DNA of 64,000 nucleotides from Candidatus Latescibacterota bacterium (GCA_965208835.1 OZ242358.1:1248001-1312000); one strand, 5' to 3'. Counted from the stretch's first letter, positions 8,871 to 20,200 are shown. Translations and numbers: made by a program. Notes: generated by a model not told the origin, from the letters alone.

Positions 8871-11597
8871 ATGTCGGCATCCTCGAAAGGCATTATGTGG
8901 GTTGCAGCCCTATCGCTGCTGACGTTTGTATTTCACGCGGCAGTGGATTCCACTACGGAGGAAAATGGATCAGGGGCACAGGCTGTCACAGTCAGTTCCG
9001 ATGACGACGATACCGCGTCCATTCCGGACTTCGACGGCGACGGGACGATCGGCTTCGGCGATTTTCTCATCTTCGCGGGCGCGTTCGGATCGAGCCAGGG
9101 TGACGAGAAGTACGACGCCACGTACGATCTAAATGAAGATCGCTCCATCGGGTTCTTGGACTTCCTGATCTTTGCGGAAAACTTCGGCAAGACGGCGCAA
9201 TCGGCTGGAACCGGTGGCTCTGGTAGGGAGATCGGGGAAAATCAGGGCTTGATCGTTCAGTCGTTTTCGGTCACCGACAGCACGCTGACGGCGGGGCAGG
9301 CGTTCACGATGAGGGCGACCGTGCATAACCAGGGGGAAAATGCAGTTTCCATGAGCCTACGTCTGTACCGCTCTACCGACGCCACAATCGACGAAGCCGA
9401 CGTGCGTATCTATAGCCTCGGCTTAGGAAACACCCTGAAGAGTTCAGCAACCGAGACGATTTCGCTTGATTGGAACGCGCCATCGTATGCGGGCACGTAC
9501 TATTACGGGGTCTGCGACGGTGCATATGCTGATTTCCACAACTGCTCCACCGGCGCACGTGTGACGGTCGAGGGCAGCGACGGCGGCACTCCGGATATTG
9601 TCGTCCACGCTCCTACGGCCAGCCCGAAGAACGTGACGCCCGGGGGTCGGTTCCGTTTCCGGGCGAAGGTCGAAAACACAGGGACCGGTCCGGCCGCGTT
9701 GACGTGGAAGCGCTTCTACCGCTCGGACGACGCAGTCATCGACACCACCGACCTACAACTTAGCGCAGGTTCTCTCTTTCCCATGAAGCGTTTCGATGTC
9801 GGGGCGAGTTTCTCATACAGCTACTACTGGTATACTCCGTTCGAGGTCGGTACGTACTTTTACGGTCTCTGCGTCGATCCTACAATCGGCGAGGCCAATA
9901 CGGATAACAACTGCTCCATCGGCGTACCCGTAAATGTAGGCGGCGGCGAGGGGGGCAGCCCCGACCTGATCGTTATAGATCCCTTGATCCTCGATCACAG
10001 GCCGTCGAGGGGGGAGTTTCGGCTGTCGGCAACAGTGCGAAACATAGGGACCGGCGTATCCGAGCGGACCACGGTGCGCTACTACCGTTCGGACGACGCG
10101 ACCATCGAGTCGACGGATACACCAGTCCGCAACCGTGCCGTAGGTCTCCTCTCTGTGGAGGGTATTCATTCATCGCCCCCCGTTTCTCATCCGAATGAAT
10201 CAGCCGATATCCTGACCGCTCCGACGATTCCGGGTACGTTCTACTATGGCGCCTGCGTCGATCCCGTTTCCGGAGAGAGCGATACGAACAATAACTGCTC
10301 AAGAGCGGTTCCAATAAACGTGGGTGTGCCTGACCTTGCCATTGGATTGACCTTGACGAGTACTAGCATCCCTTCGGTGGGTCAGCCGTTCACGCTGACG
10401 GCGATGGTGAGAAACCAGGGACCTGAAGAAGCCGCCCCAACGACGCTTCGTTATTACCGTTCGGAAGACGCAAACATCGATGCCGCTGATACGCCAGTCG
10501 GTACCACCGCCGTTAACGGTCTTACGGGTTTCAACGGACTGGTCAGCGGCCCCGGAAGCCGCCTCGCCCCTTCCGGCACAAGCCGGCAGACAGTCGGCTT
10601 GAATGCACCCTCCAGTCCGGGCACTTACTATTACGGTGCCTGCGTCGATGCCGTCGCCGCTGAAACCAATGCGGATAACAACTGCTCCGATGGCGTATTC
10701 GTCAGTGTCGTCCCCTCCGGGGAGGACCCGTTCAATATCGAACTCGTCTTCGTAAGTGATTTTACCGAAGCTCGCAAGGATCTGATGCGGCAGGCGGCCA
10801 GACGATGGGAGACCATCATAACCGAGGGCCTGCCGGACGTGAACTTCTCGTCCAATCCACATCGCATCGATATCGGAGGAAGGATGGTTGTCGTTGACGA
10901 TACCGTGGACGACCTGCGTATCTTTATGCAACGCGACGAAATAGGTAACTTGATAGTGGGATCAGGGGGGCCGCGATTTGTCCGGTCGGGCGATCCGACC
11001 GGCCTGCCTGCCACAGGCCTCGTAACGATAGCTCCAAGCTTTCTTGACCGCCTGCAGCAGTGGGAGCCCCTCTGGATTGAGGAGCGTCGCCTTCGAGACA
11101 CGACGGTCCACGAGATCGCGCATGTTCTGGGGTTCGGGCCGCTTTGGGGCGAGTTTGGCCTTCGCCGTGAATTAACGGGGGACGCGTATTTCAGTGGTCC
11201 TTTGGCCATTCAAGCGTTCAACGCCGCAGGCGGCGAGAGCTACAGCGGAAACAAAATCCCCATAGTCGGCTCATCAGGCGGTTGTGGTGCAGGTGGTCAT
11301 TGGAGGTCGGATGTGTTCGGAGGCGTATATCGCCGCTTCGAAACCGAGATAATGGAACCGTTCATTGAAAGGCAGCACGCGCTCAGTGCGATCACCATCC
11401 AGTCTCTCGCCGACCTCGGGTACGTCGTCGACGTCAGCCGGGCTGACTCGTACCGGCTGCCCACCTCGGTAAGTACCGCCGGGGCGCCCATTGCAAGCGC
11501 GAAGCCGGTCGCTGGCTACGACTTCGGCCTGGAAGCCCACGGGCCAATCTACGTCGGCGATGAGCACGGGAACATCATCCGCGCCTTAGGCGAATAA
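8871..11597 (+). CDS. Secreted protein: dockerin-like tag, four CARDB-like Ig repeats, leishmanolysin (M8)-like metalloprotease
   Basis: Paired DFDGDG motifs. Four repeats of the type PDL...VRNxG...YYRSxDAxID...GTYYYGACVD...NNCS. Then HEIAHVLGFG...GHW...EIM. Confidence 0.88.
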   Translation: MSASSKGIMWVAALSLLTFVFHAAVDSTTEENGSGAQAVTVSSDDDDTASIPDFDGDGTIGFGDFLIFAGAFGSSQGDEKYDATYDLNEDRSIGFLDFLIFAENFGKTAQSAGTGGSGREIGENQGLIVQSFSVTDSTLTAGQAFTMRATVHNQGENAVSMSLRLYRSTDATIDEADVRIYSLGLGNTLKSSATETISLDWNAPSYAGTYYYGVCDGAYADFHNCSTGARVTVEGSDGGTPDIVVHAPTASPKNVTPGGRFRFRAKVENTGTGPAALTWKRFYRSDDAVIDTTDLQLSAGSLFPMKRFDVGASFSYSYYWYTPFEVGTYFYGLCVDPTIGEANTDNNCSIGVPVNVGGGEGGSPDLIVIDPLILDHRPSRGEFRLSATVRNIGTGVSERTTVRYYRSDDATIESTDTPVRNRAVGLLSVEGIHSSPPVSHPNESADILTAPTIPGTFYYGACVDPVSGESDTNNNCSRAVPINVGVPDLAIGLTLTSTSIPSVGQPFTLTAMVRNQGPEEAAPTTLRYYRSEDANIDAADTPVGTTAVNGLTGFNGLVSGPGSRLAPSGTSRQTVGLNAPSSPGTYYYGACVDAVAAETNADNNCSDGVFVSVVPSGEDPFNIELVFVSDFTEARKDLMRQAARRWETIITEGLPDVNFSSNPHRIDIGGRMVVVDDTVDDLRIFMQRDEIGNLIVGSGGPRFVRSGDPTGLPATGLVTIAPSFLDRLQQWEPLWIEERRLRDTTVHEIAHVLGFGPLWGEFGLRRELTGDAYFSGPLAIQAFNAAGGESYSGNKIPIVGSSGGCGAGGHWRSDVFGGVYRRFETEIMEPFIERQHALSAITIQSLADLGYVVDVSRADSYRLPTSVSTAGAPIASAKPVAGYDFGLEAHGPIYVGDEHGNIIRALGE

Positions 11598-11715
11598 TTC
11601 AACATGCACCCGCGGCCAGGAATTAATCGGTGCACCTGAAAGAGTAACGGCCCCGATATCTCCATGCACGGCGGAAAGTAGGGACATCGTGGACACGGTC
11701 GGCGAATGACCGGTG

Positions 11716-11796
11716 TCAATTCCGGCCTTCGACAATGACCTGTCTATTGGCCTGGGCGACTTGCTGATCTTCGCCGACAGCATTGTTAAAGATAAA
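11716..11796 (+). pseudogene. Collapsed, degenerate dockerin-like remnant
   Basis: Reads SIPAFDNDLSIGLGDLLIFADSIVKDK, resembling the start of repeat 1 (SIPDFD) joined to the end of repeat 2 (SIGFxDLLIFAENFGK). An in-frame TGA lies just upstream. Confidence 0.6.
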
Positions 11797-12052
11797 TCGT
11801 GAATGAAATCTGCATCGCTACCGTGAGTCTAGAAGCAGTCGTGTACACGAGGAGCGACAGGGCGCGTCTAAATGTGATTCCTGACACGGGCGTGACTCTG
11901 TGAAGGTAGATTCGTCTGTCCAATTCGACTGCTTTACGCGAACGAGAGATAATGGACGCATTCCTGCAAGGTAATTCTCGCGGGGGAATCTGAAGTTACT
12001 TCGGCACGCGCCAGGTAAGTCAAATTACAGCCAATTGCAGGAGAGCTCGTCT

Positions 12053-14335
12053 ATGGAAATCCCGGTTGTAAATTTCAAGGGTCGAACAGCAATTGTCCTG
12101 GTATTGGCTATATACGGTTTCGACCTGACAAACAACTCGAATTTGGCTCACGCCGCGCCTGCACAGCCTGAAACACCAACGCTCTTCGTTGATTACGATG
12201 ACCGTGTGCTGGACAGCTACATCGGCGCCAGCGCTGAACTGACCGCTACCACGAATTCCGTTTCCGGCGCCGCGCGGTACGAGTGGGATATTCTGGACAA
12301 AACCGTTATGACCACGAGACCGTCGGTAACCAGGGGGGTTTCAGTATTCGGTTCTTCAACCACAGCATCGGTAAAGGTTCGGGCCGTCGATAGTGAGGGG
12401 AGCGCTGGTCCGTGGAGCAATACATCGTCACGCAGCATCTATTCGTCCGCGCCCCGGCCGAAGACGCCAGCCGTGAGTTTCAACAAAGAAGGCAATACAA
12501 TTGCAATTTCAGGTTATAAGTACACGAATGCCACGGAATACAGCATCAAGATCACCAATCCTCGCGGAGGCTCAACGAGAGAGACGGTAACGGAAACGGA
12601 GTACGCCTATGCCGTTTCATTGTCCGATCCCTCAGGTACCTGGAGGGTCTCCGTACAAGCCAGGACGGCCACACACCGCACCGCTTTCTCACGAAGCGCG
12701 ATTCTGGCCGTAAATGTGCCGGAACGGCCGGTGGAACTTGCGGCAGAAGCCGGCAACGGGCAGGTGACGCTCACCTGGAAAGACCCGAATGACGAGAGAA
12801 TTACCAAATACCAGGTGACAGTGGACTTTGGAGAGTGGAGAGACATTGAGGACAGCCACGCGTCGACAACCTCCCACACGGTTGAGCAGCTTACCAACGG
12901 TACGGAGTATCGTTTTCAGATCCGTGCGGTGAGTGACGGCGGCGCGAGCGAAGCGTCGGACACCGTATCGGCAACCCCGGTAGCCCTGCCCAAGCCTACC
13001 GGACTGGAAGCAGCATCCGACGACGGGCAGGTGACGCTCACGTGGGATGGCCCGGGAAATGCGAACATTGTGCACTATCAGTTGCGGGTGGACCGTGGGG
13101 AGTGGTCGAGGATGGAGGGCAGTCATGCAGGCACGACCAGCCACACGGTGAGGAATCTAAGGAACGGCACGGAATATCGTTTTCAGATCCGAGCAGTCAG
13201 CGTGGATGGTGTGGGAGAGGCGTCGGATCCGGTCACGGCGTTTCCCGGTTCCGCTCCTGAGTTAAGGGCATCCACGGAATCGCCCTTGACCGAAGCGACC
13301 CTCGCGGGAAGCGTGGTCAAGCTCATACTGAACGGGCGAACGTTTGAGCGATGGAACAGCGTCAGAAACAACGTCACAGTATCCGGCATCGACGGTGTGT
13401 CGTTCAGATCTACAACGGACGTGGAGCGCGTGAGCGATACGGAGGTGGCGGTAAAGCTGAGCTTCAGCGGCAATATCGATTCCGATACCACGCTGGTGTT
13501 CACCGCAGGCGCGGGTGCGATATCGGGCTACAACGGTCCGGCTCTCACAGCGCGGATATCGGTTGCCGCGGTAACAGAGACCTTAGTCGCGTCAACCGCG
13601 CAACCGTTGACGGAGGCAACACTGAACGGAAGCGTGGTGACGTTGACGCTGGGCAGCGGCACGTTTGAGCGATGGAATGACGTCAGAAATAACCTGAGGG
13701 TCTCGGGTATCGACGGTGTGAGTTTCAGGTCTTCGACGGACGTGGAGCGCGTGAGCGATACGGAGGTGACAGTCAAGCTGAGCTTCAGCGGCAATATCGA
13801 TTCCGATACCACGCTGGTCTTCACCGTAGGCGCGGGTGCGATATCGGGCTACAACGGTTCCGCCCTGACGGCAGAGATCTCGGTCACAGCCGACCACGAA
13901 GCGACCCCCGACTTCGACGGAGACGGGACGGTTGGCTTTCGGGACTTTTTGCTGTTTGCCAGTGTTTTCGGCACAAGCCGGGGCGATACCGAATACAGCG
14001 CGCGGTTCGATCTGGATGGAGACGATGCCGTCGGTTTCAGCGATTTTCTGATCTTCGCCGGGAGTTTCGGCAAAGACGTCACCTCATCCGGCGGTGACAA
14101 TGGGGGAGATGGCGGCAGCGGCCAGGCGTGCAACGTAGGGATGACTCTTGGTCCGGGAGAGGGATGCCAGGGCTCCGGATACAGTTTCCGGAACGACGCG
14201 GGCGTTCTTATCGGACAGGGTAACGTGGGTGGAATTTCGATAGAAAACGCCCGGTTCAGCGGCGGCAGTGTACGATTGAACCAGCTGCACCTGACCAGGA
14301 GCGGCAATGTCTGGACAATCGTGAGCCTGCCGTGA
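12053..14335 (+). CDS. Secreted modular protein: FN3 domains, two ~105-aa beta-rich repeats, dockerin-like pair, conserved two-Cys tail
   Basis: AGGAG precedes ATG 12053. FN3 motifs VTLTW...LTNGTEYRFQIRAVS occur twice. The ASTxxPLTEATL...RVSDTEV...YNGxALTA repeat occurs twice with near-identical DNA (about 13268-13565 and 13589-13886). Tail ends SGNVWTIVSLP. Confidence 0.85.
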   Translation: MEIPVVNFKGRTAIVLVLAIYGFDLTNNSNLAHAAPAQPETPTLFVDYDDRVLDSYIGASAELTATTNSVSGAARYEWDILDKTVMTTRPSVTRGVSVFGSSTTASVKVRAVDSEGSAGPWSNTSSRSIYSSAPRPKTPAVSFNKEGNTIAISGYKYTNATEYSIKITNPRGGSTRETVTETEYAYAVSLSDPSGTWRVSVQARTATHRTAFSRSAILAVNVPERPVELAAEAGNGQVTLTWKDPNDERITKYQVTVDFGEWRDIEDSHASTTSHTVEQLTNGTEYRFQIRAVSDGGASEASDTVSATPVALPKPTGLEAASDDGQVTLTWDGPGNANIVHYQLRVDRGEWSRMEGSHAGTTSHTVRNLRNGTEYRFQIRAVSVDGVGEASDPVTAFPGSAPELRASTESPLTEATLAGSVVKLILNGRTFERWNSVRNNVTVSGIDGVSFRSTTDVERVSDTEVAVKLSFSGNIDSDTTLVFTAGAGAISGYNGPALTARISVAAVTETLVASTAQPLTEATLNGSVVTLTLGSGTFERWNDVRNNLRVSGIDGVSFRSSTDVERVSDTEVTVKLSFSGNIDSDTTLVFTVGAGAISGYNGSALTAEISVTADHEATPDFDGDGTVGFRDFLLFASVFGTSRGDTEYSARFDLDGDDAVGFSDFLIFAGSFGKDVTSSGGDNGGDGGSGQACNVGMTLGPGEGCQGSGYSFRNDAGVLIGQGNVGGISIENARFSGGSVRLNQLHLTRSGNVWTIVSLP

Positions 14336-14487
14336 CCATGGGGATCACGTCGTTTCCGGCACGACCGGAAGAATAATGCGGATTGTCGCTCGTGAAGTCC
14401 AGTGGACTGCCAGTGCCATTTGTCGCGGCGACGCAATAGAGATGGGATCTGCCGCATTACCATGGGCTTCCTTCCGATCCGTACCGT

Positions 14488-16236
14488 TCACAGATCAACC
14501 CTAACCTCCCCCTTGAACGCGGCGACCGATTCCCACCGCTGGACCACGCCGTTTCCATCGTTTTCGAACACGGCAAGTACCAGGTCCACGTTCGCTTTTC
14601 CATCCAGGCTGACGCACACCGACGTGCCGTCGGGCGTTGACGCGGTTGCAATCCACGACTCGTCCCGGGCGCGGGTATATTCGGCGGCTTCGTCGTGGCC
14701 CACCCCCCGGATAGCGAATCGTTCCGTCCGCTGCGCCACCAGCGACAACCACCGGTCGATCTCCTCCAGAGTCAGCACGCCGAACTTCTGCTCGTGGGTC
14801 GTGATCTCCGAGAAGAACCCGCTGTCCAGCGCCAGGCGGACCGAGCCGCCCGCCCGTTCCGCGGCCTTGTCCATATCATTGGTCGGATTGTCTCCTGCCC
14901 AGGTCGTACAGCCCGTCAGCACGTCGGGCTCCACGAGGTGGCGCGGGAGCATGGCGCCGATGTTGTACATCTCCGGGTCTTCGGGGACATAGTCATAGAA
15001 CAGGCTGTTGAGACCGTACGGCCACCAGTTGGGGAACAGCCGCTCCCACTTCACCTGTCCCAGGTGGTAGGTCGAATAGACGAAGGTCCGCCCCCTGGCC
15101 TTCAGGTAGGGAAGGACGCGCACGCCCACCTCGCCCCAGTGAAATGCGGCGCGGCGCGGCGGCTTCAGGCCCCTTTCATCGTACCAGTGGTCCACCCGCT
15201 GGAAGATTTCCTTCAGTTCAGCGTCGCTGTACTCGCCGATGCCGAAATCGAACGGGATCAGCCGGTAATAGTCGAAGGCATGCGCGTCCCAGTCCACCTG
15301 ACCGGCCTTGTATCGGCCGCGCATGAACGGCACCACTTCGTCCGGAACGAGGTTCAGGAAGCAGGAGATCATCGGCCGGTAACCGTGCCGGTTCATCACC
15401 TCCGTATAGCGGAAATCGTGGCGGCCCCTGCCGTCGTCCACCCGGATGGTCACGAAGGGTGGCATCATCTGCGCGACGAATGGCTTGCGCGCCGCCCAGA
15501 CGATGGCGCGCCAGAAGAACGCGTCCAGCCCCATCGCGTGGCCAAGAAACTCCTGGTGCCAGATGCGGGGCGAACAGGCAAATTGCACCGCCCGGCCGCT
15601 GCCGCATGCCCCGGCCAGCACGGCTGGAAACTGGTCCGGCTCGTAGGCCGTCCCCGGCACATTGTGGCGTGAGAAGATGAGCTGATCCTTGCCCATCGCA
15701 GCCTGCGCCAGCTCTACGACGTGCCGCCCCACGCGCTTGATTTGCGCAATGGTCACGGGTCGCTTCAGCCGGACCATGCTGCCCGCCTGCTGCGTCCAGT
15801 TGATGAAGTGGTCTTCGCCCCCGATACGCAGCAGGTCCGAAGCCATCGGGATCCGGTCAACCTCCAGCCCGAACAGCCGAAGCAGCGGCGGTTTGTACAG
15901 CCGCAGTTCGCCGTCGAAATTGACCAGGCCCATACCAGTTTCTTCCACGCCCGCGGTGAGCAGTTCCGTTTCCTCGTACGATAGGGATTCGCCCAGGCGC
16001 GCCTGTGCGATAACCGTCGCCGCCGAGCCTTCGAGCAGTCCGGTAGTCAGGGGCCCTGTGGCCAGGTCGTGAATTCTGAAAGGAAACCCGAAATGCTGTA
16101 AGGCAACCAGTACTGTCTGATCCACGATGCTCGTATCCGTGTAGCTTCCCCTGCTGTCCACGAGTACCAGCAGGGCCCGGTTCCCCGCGCTCTCACGCCG
16201 GGGGCGCTGCACCATTTCTCGTGGTGAGAATCGCAT
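14488..16236 (-). CDS. Hypothetical protein; C-terminal half resembles a polysaccharide deacetylase/glycoside hydrolase barrel
   Basis: 582-aa ORF with typical codon bias. TIRVDDG and WDAHAF resemble NodB-like metal motifs, but the match is weak. Confidence 0.6.
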   Translation of the reverse strand: MRFSPREMVQRPRRESAGNRALLVLVDSRGSYTDTSIVDQTVLVALQHFGFPFRIHDLATGPLTTGLLEGSAATVIAQARLGESLSYEETELLTAGVEETGMGLVNFDGELRLYKPPLLRLFGLEVDRIPMASDLLRIGGEDHFINWTQQAGSMVRLKRPVTIAQIKRVGRHVVELAQAAMGKDQLIFSRHNVPGTAYEPDQFPAVLAGACGSGRAVQFACSPRIWHQEFLGHAMGLDAFFWRAIVWAARKPFVAQMMPPFVTIRVDDGRGRHDFRYTEVMNRHGYRPMISCFLNLVPDEVVPFMRGRYKAGQVDWDAHAFDYYRLIPFDFGIGEYSDAELKEIFQRVDHWYDERGLKPPRRAAFHWGEVGVRVLPYLKARGRTFVYSTYHLGQVKWERLFPNWWPYGLNSLFYDYVPEDPEMYNIGAMLPRHLVEPDVLTGCTTWAGDNPTNDMDKAAERAGGSVRLALDSGFFSEITTHEQKFGVLTLEEIDRWLSLVAQRTERFAIRGVGHDEAAEYTRARDESWIATASTPDGTSVCVSLDGKANVDLVLAVFENDGNGVVQRWESVAAFKGEVRVDL

Positions 16237-16380
16237 TGGATGTCCCCTGTTTGAAATATGCCATTCGGTTTGCCCTGATCGGCCGACCGGCCATTCCGGG
16301 CTTTGCGAAGAAGCCGTGGACGTGCCGCCACTCAGGTTTCGCCAAATGGAAGTCGCGCGGCGATGATCCTATGCTGCAGT

Positions 16381-16478
16381 AGATCCTTCGTCGGCCCTGG
16401 GGCCTCCTCTGGATGACAGTGGGAGGCAACATGCTTGACTATCGGCCGGCATGTCATTCAGAGCGGAGCGAAGAATCT
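16381..16478. repeat. Inverted REP-like pair
   Basis: AGATCCTTCG...CTCTGGATGACA pairs with TGTCATTCAGAG...CGAAGAATCT. Confidence 0.7.
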
Positions 16479-16556
16479 CCCGTCTTCGCGACTGTATGTG
16501 TAGCATATGGTCTTCGTAGACGAACCTGTGCGCGGAGACAGCGACCGCATCGAAGC

Positions 16557-16581
16557 GGGCAGACAGGAATGTACGCCCCAC
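16557..16581 (-). repeat. GTGG-type REP palindrome (second copy at 45757-45781)
   Basis: gggcagacaggaatgtacgccccac versus gggcagacaggaaagtctgccccac. Confidence 0.75.
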
Positions 16582-16593
16582 TAGACGCCAGCG

Positions 16594-17229
16594 TCAATCT
16601 GATTCCAAAGTCAGAACCCGGTTGATATCCGTCTCCGCGATTCGGCCGGGGCGGAGGATTCGTGGATGCCGGACGGAGACGTCGACGAGGGTGGAGGGAC
16701 GCGGATCAGGCGCCGTGCCGCCGTCCAGGATCAGGTCGACGCGGTCGCCAAGGACATTGGCGGCATCCTGCGCGCTTCGGGCGGGGGGCCTGCCCGACAG
16801 GTTGGCGCTGGTGCTGGTTATGGGGCCGCCGACATGGCGCACCAATGCGTTGGCGATCGTCGCGTCGGACATGCGGAGGGCTATTGTGGGGGTGGATCCG
16901 AGCAGGTGCTCAGGAAGGCCGGGCGAGGCGGCGAATACGAGCGTGAGGGGTCCGGGCCAGAATGCTTCCATAAGGGTTTCCGCGGCAAAAGGGACCTCTG
17001 CAGCAAGCGCTTCCAGGTCCTGCCTTCTCTGGATGAGCAGAATAAGCCCCTTTTCCGCCTCACGGCCCTTCAGCGCGAAGATACGGTTGAAGGCGGAAGG
17101 GTTGAAGGGATCGGCACCCAGACCGTATACGGTCTCTGTGGGGTAGACAATGACGCCTCCCGATTGTATCCGGTCAGCCGCCTGAGCGATTCCGGACTCA
17201 TCGGCCGCAATGAAGGATGCCGGTTTCAC
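16594..17229 (-). CDS. tsaC: L-threonylcarbamoyladenylate synthase (Sua5/YrdC family)
   Basis: YPTETVYGLG, LKGR, FWPGPLT, STSANLSG and PSTLVD motifs. Confidence 0.95.
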   Translation of the reverse strand: MKPASFIAADESGIAQAADRIQSGGVIVYPTETVYGLGADPFNPSAFNRIFALKGREAEKGLILLIQRRQDLEALAAEVPFAAETLMEAFWPGPLTLVFAASPGLPEHLLGSTPTIALRMSDATIANALVRHVGGPITSTSANLSGRPPARSAQDAANVLGDRVDLILDGGTAPDPRPSTLVDVSVRHPRILRPGRIAETDINRVLTLESD

Positions 17230-20200
17230 CGCCCGCCGCCGCTTCCCGGCCAGAATCGGACCGACGGCGGTCTCTTTTCGTACGCCGCGACAAAGGCAAG
17301 GAAATCCCCGAATCCAACCGTTCCGTTGCCGTCGAGGTCAAAGCGCATATCTGCGGAACCAAAGGCCTGTGCGAAGAGGATGAAGTCGGCAAAGTCGACG
17401 GCGCCGTCACTATTGAAGTCGGCTGCGCCGTCGGATGGGACTTCGGGAGGAGGCGGATCCGTCTCAGGCTCTTGCTGGTATTCGGCGGGATATTCGACGG
17501 TGAGTTCCAGGATACGATGATTGTTCGTATCGGCAATGTAGACCCTGCCGTCCGGACCGATTGCGACGCCTGATGGACCATTGAGCGAAGTCTCGGTTGC
17601 GGCGCCCCCGGGTTGATCGAATCCGGCGACACCCGTGCCCGCCACCGTCTGGATAATGCCCAGGTTCAGGTTGATAACACGCACCCGATGGTTTCCGGTA
17701 TCCGCAATATACAGATTCCCTTTGTTATCAACTGCAACATCGTCCGGGCTGCTCAGCACGGTTCTGGCGGCGGGTCCCCCGTCACGTGCATAACCCGACT
17801 CACCGGTTCCCGCGACGGTGGAAATCGTCCCGTCGGTATCCACCATGCGGATGCGATGGTTACCGGTGTCGGCGATGTACACTCGGCCATGTTCGTCTGC
17901 AGCCACGCCCCGGGGTCCGTTCAGCGCTGCCAGAGTGGCCGGGCCTCCGTCGCCTGAGAATCCCTCTTCAAAGCTTCCCGCAACGGTGGTGATTATGCCG
18001 GTGCTATCCAGCTTTCTGACTCGATGATTGAAGCGCTCGGCGATCCAGACGTTGCCCATCGAATCCGCGGCTACCCCCATGGGACCGGAGAGGTTCGCGT
18101 TGACGCCTGGGCGTCCGTCGCCGCCATAGCCGGGGATGTCCTTGCCGGCAAAGGAGAGGATATTACCGGTTTGGACATTGATCCGGCGCACGATATGTGC
18201 GCTTTGTTCGGCGATGATGAGATCTCCATCGGGCGTCAGTGCGAGGCCGCGGGGACCACCGAGGCTGGCGTCAGCGGCAGGCCCGCCGGTGCCGGTCGCA
18301 AATCCGATACCATTTCCGGCGATCGTTTGAATGGCGCCATCACTTCCAACCCTTCGGACCCTGTGGTTTCCCGTATCGGATATGTAAAACGTGCCCGACG
18401 CATCGACAGCGACGTTTCTCGGTGTGTTCAAGAATGCATCGGTCGCGGGGCCCCCGTCGCCCCCAAAACTCCCCTGTTCCCCGACCGTGCCGGCAACGGT
18501 GCGGAGATCCGTGTTGCGGGCACCGATTGGCGGCAGCAGGTTGATAGTGATCCTTTCGGGAGGAAGTCCTTCCAATCGCGCAAATGCGACGACGTCACCT
18601 GGCGTTGTCCCTGCCTGAAAGCGGATCGTCGCCAGTCCGTCCCGTACGGCAACCGAGTTGCCGCCGACGAAAACACCGTCACCGGACTCGACGCCGAATA
18701 TCAGGAGCCGGTTGTTGATTAGCAGGGCTTCGCCCCGGGCGTCCAGGAACCGAGCGATAATTTCGATCTGGGCCTCCCCGTTGGCCGCCAGCGCGCCTGC
18801 CGCCGCTTCCAGCGCAATCCGATCGGGTGGGGGCGGCGTGGCTTCGGTCAGGTCCAGCACCGTGTTCGCAGCGATGTTGTACATTCGCTGAGCGATGCCC
18901 GAAGGCCATCGAACCGTGAGTGTGTCGACTCTTTCGGCGTCGCCAAGGCCGAATGCCGCGGTAAGGGCGTCTTGCGACAGATAGGATGCGCCGCCCGTGA
19001 TTTCACGAATCGCCCGGCGTCCTTCGAAGGCAATTTCGAATCGGGTGCCGATGGCGTCGGAACTGCTTTTCGTGCCGCGCGGGCGAATGGCCAGCCAGTT
19101 ACCGTTGGACTCCTGATTCTGGAAAAGATAGTCACCGCTGTCTTGCACGGCCACGAAGATGTCCAGTCCGCCGTCGCCGTTGAAGTCCGCCAGCGCTACA
19201 CCCCGGCTGTTGGCACCGCCGGCGACGCGGAAAGAATCGGCAACGTCTATAAACGTCTCGCCGTCGTTACGGAAGAGGTTGTTCTTCTGTCCTGCGTTGG
19301 ACACGTAGAGATCCAGGTCGCTGTCGTTGTCGAAATCGCCCCAGACGGCGCCCCTGCTGCGTGCCGTGTCCGGGCCCGTCACATTGAAGCTCGCGCTGGA
19401 TTCCAGGAACTGACCGCTGGAATTGACATAAAGACGGTTGCCTTCTTCGTAGTATGACACGTAGAGATCCAGGTCTCCGTCGTTATCGAAGTCTCCCCAA
19501 CTTGCACCGAAACTGGGGCCGCCCAACCCCGCTTCCTCCACGCCGGCCTCGGACGTGACATCCACAAAACTGCCCCCATCGTTTCGGAATAGCCTGTTGG
19601 GCCCGCTGTTGGCGAGAAAGAGGTCCGGATCGCCGTCGCTGTCATAGTCCGCCCAGGCGGGCTGTAGACTGCTGTTGGCGTCGGCGAGACCGGTCTCCGC
19701 GGCGGCTTCCACAAAGCCGGCGCCTTCATTGCGATAGAAACGGTTCTCGCCGAAGTTGACCACGTAAAGGTCGGGGTCGCCGTCCCGGTCTACGTCCGCC
19801 CACGCAGCCCCGTATCCGTCTCCGCCGTCGTCCACCCCGGCTTCAGCAGCGACATCGGTGAAGTGGTTGCCGTCGTTTCGGTACAGCCGGTTCGGCTGTC
19901 CGTAGTTGGTGACGTAGAGGTCCAAGTCACCGTCGCCGTCATAGTCTGCCCAGGCAGCTGCGCTCCCGTCGCCGTCGTCCGCGCCGGCCACGCCGGCAGG
20001 AGCGGAAAGCTCGATAAACCGGCTACCCTCGTTCCGGTAGAGCAGATTGGACTGCAGGCTGCGTACCAAATAGAGATCGGGGTCGCCGTCGCTGTCGTAA
20101 TCCGCCCACGCGGCGCCGAACCCCGTACCCAGGTCCGCCATGCCCAGATCCTCCGCCGCATCGACGAATCCGCCGGGTTTGGAGGGCCGGCCCACGCCCT

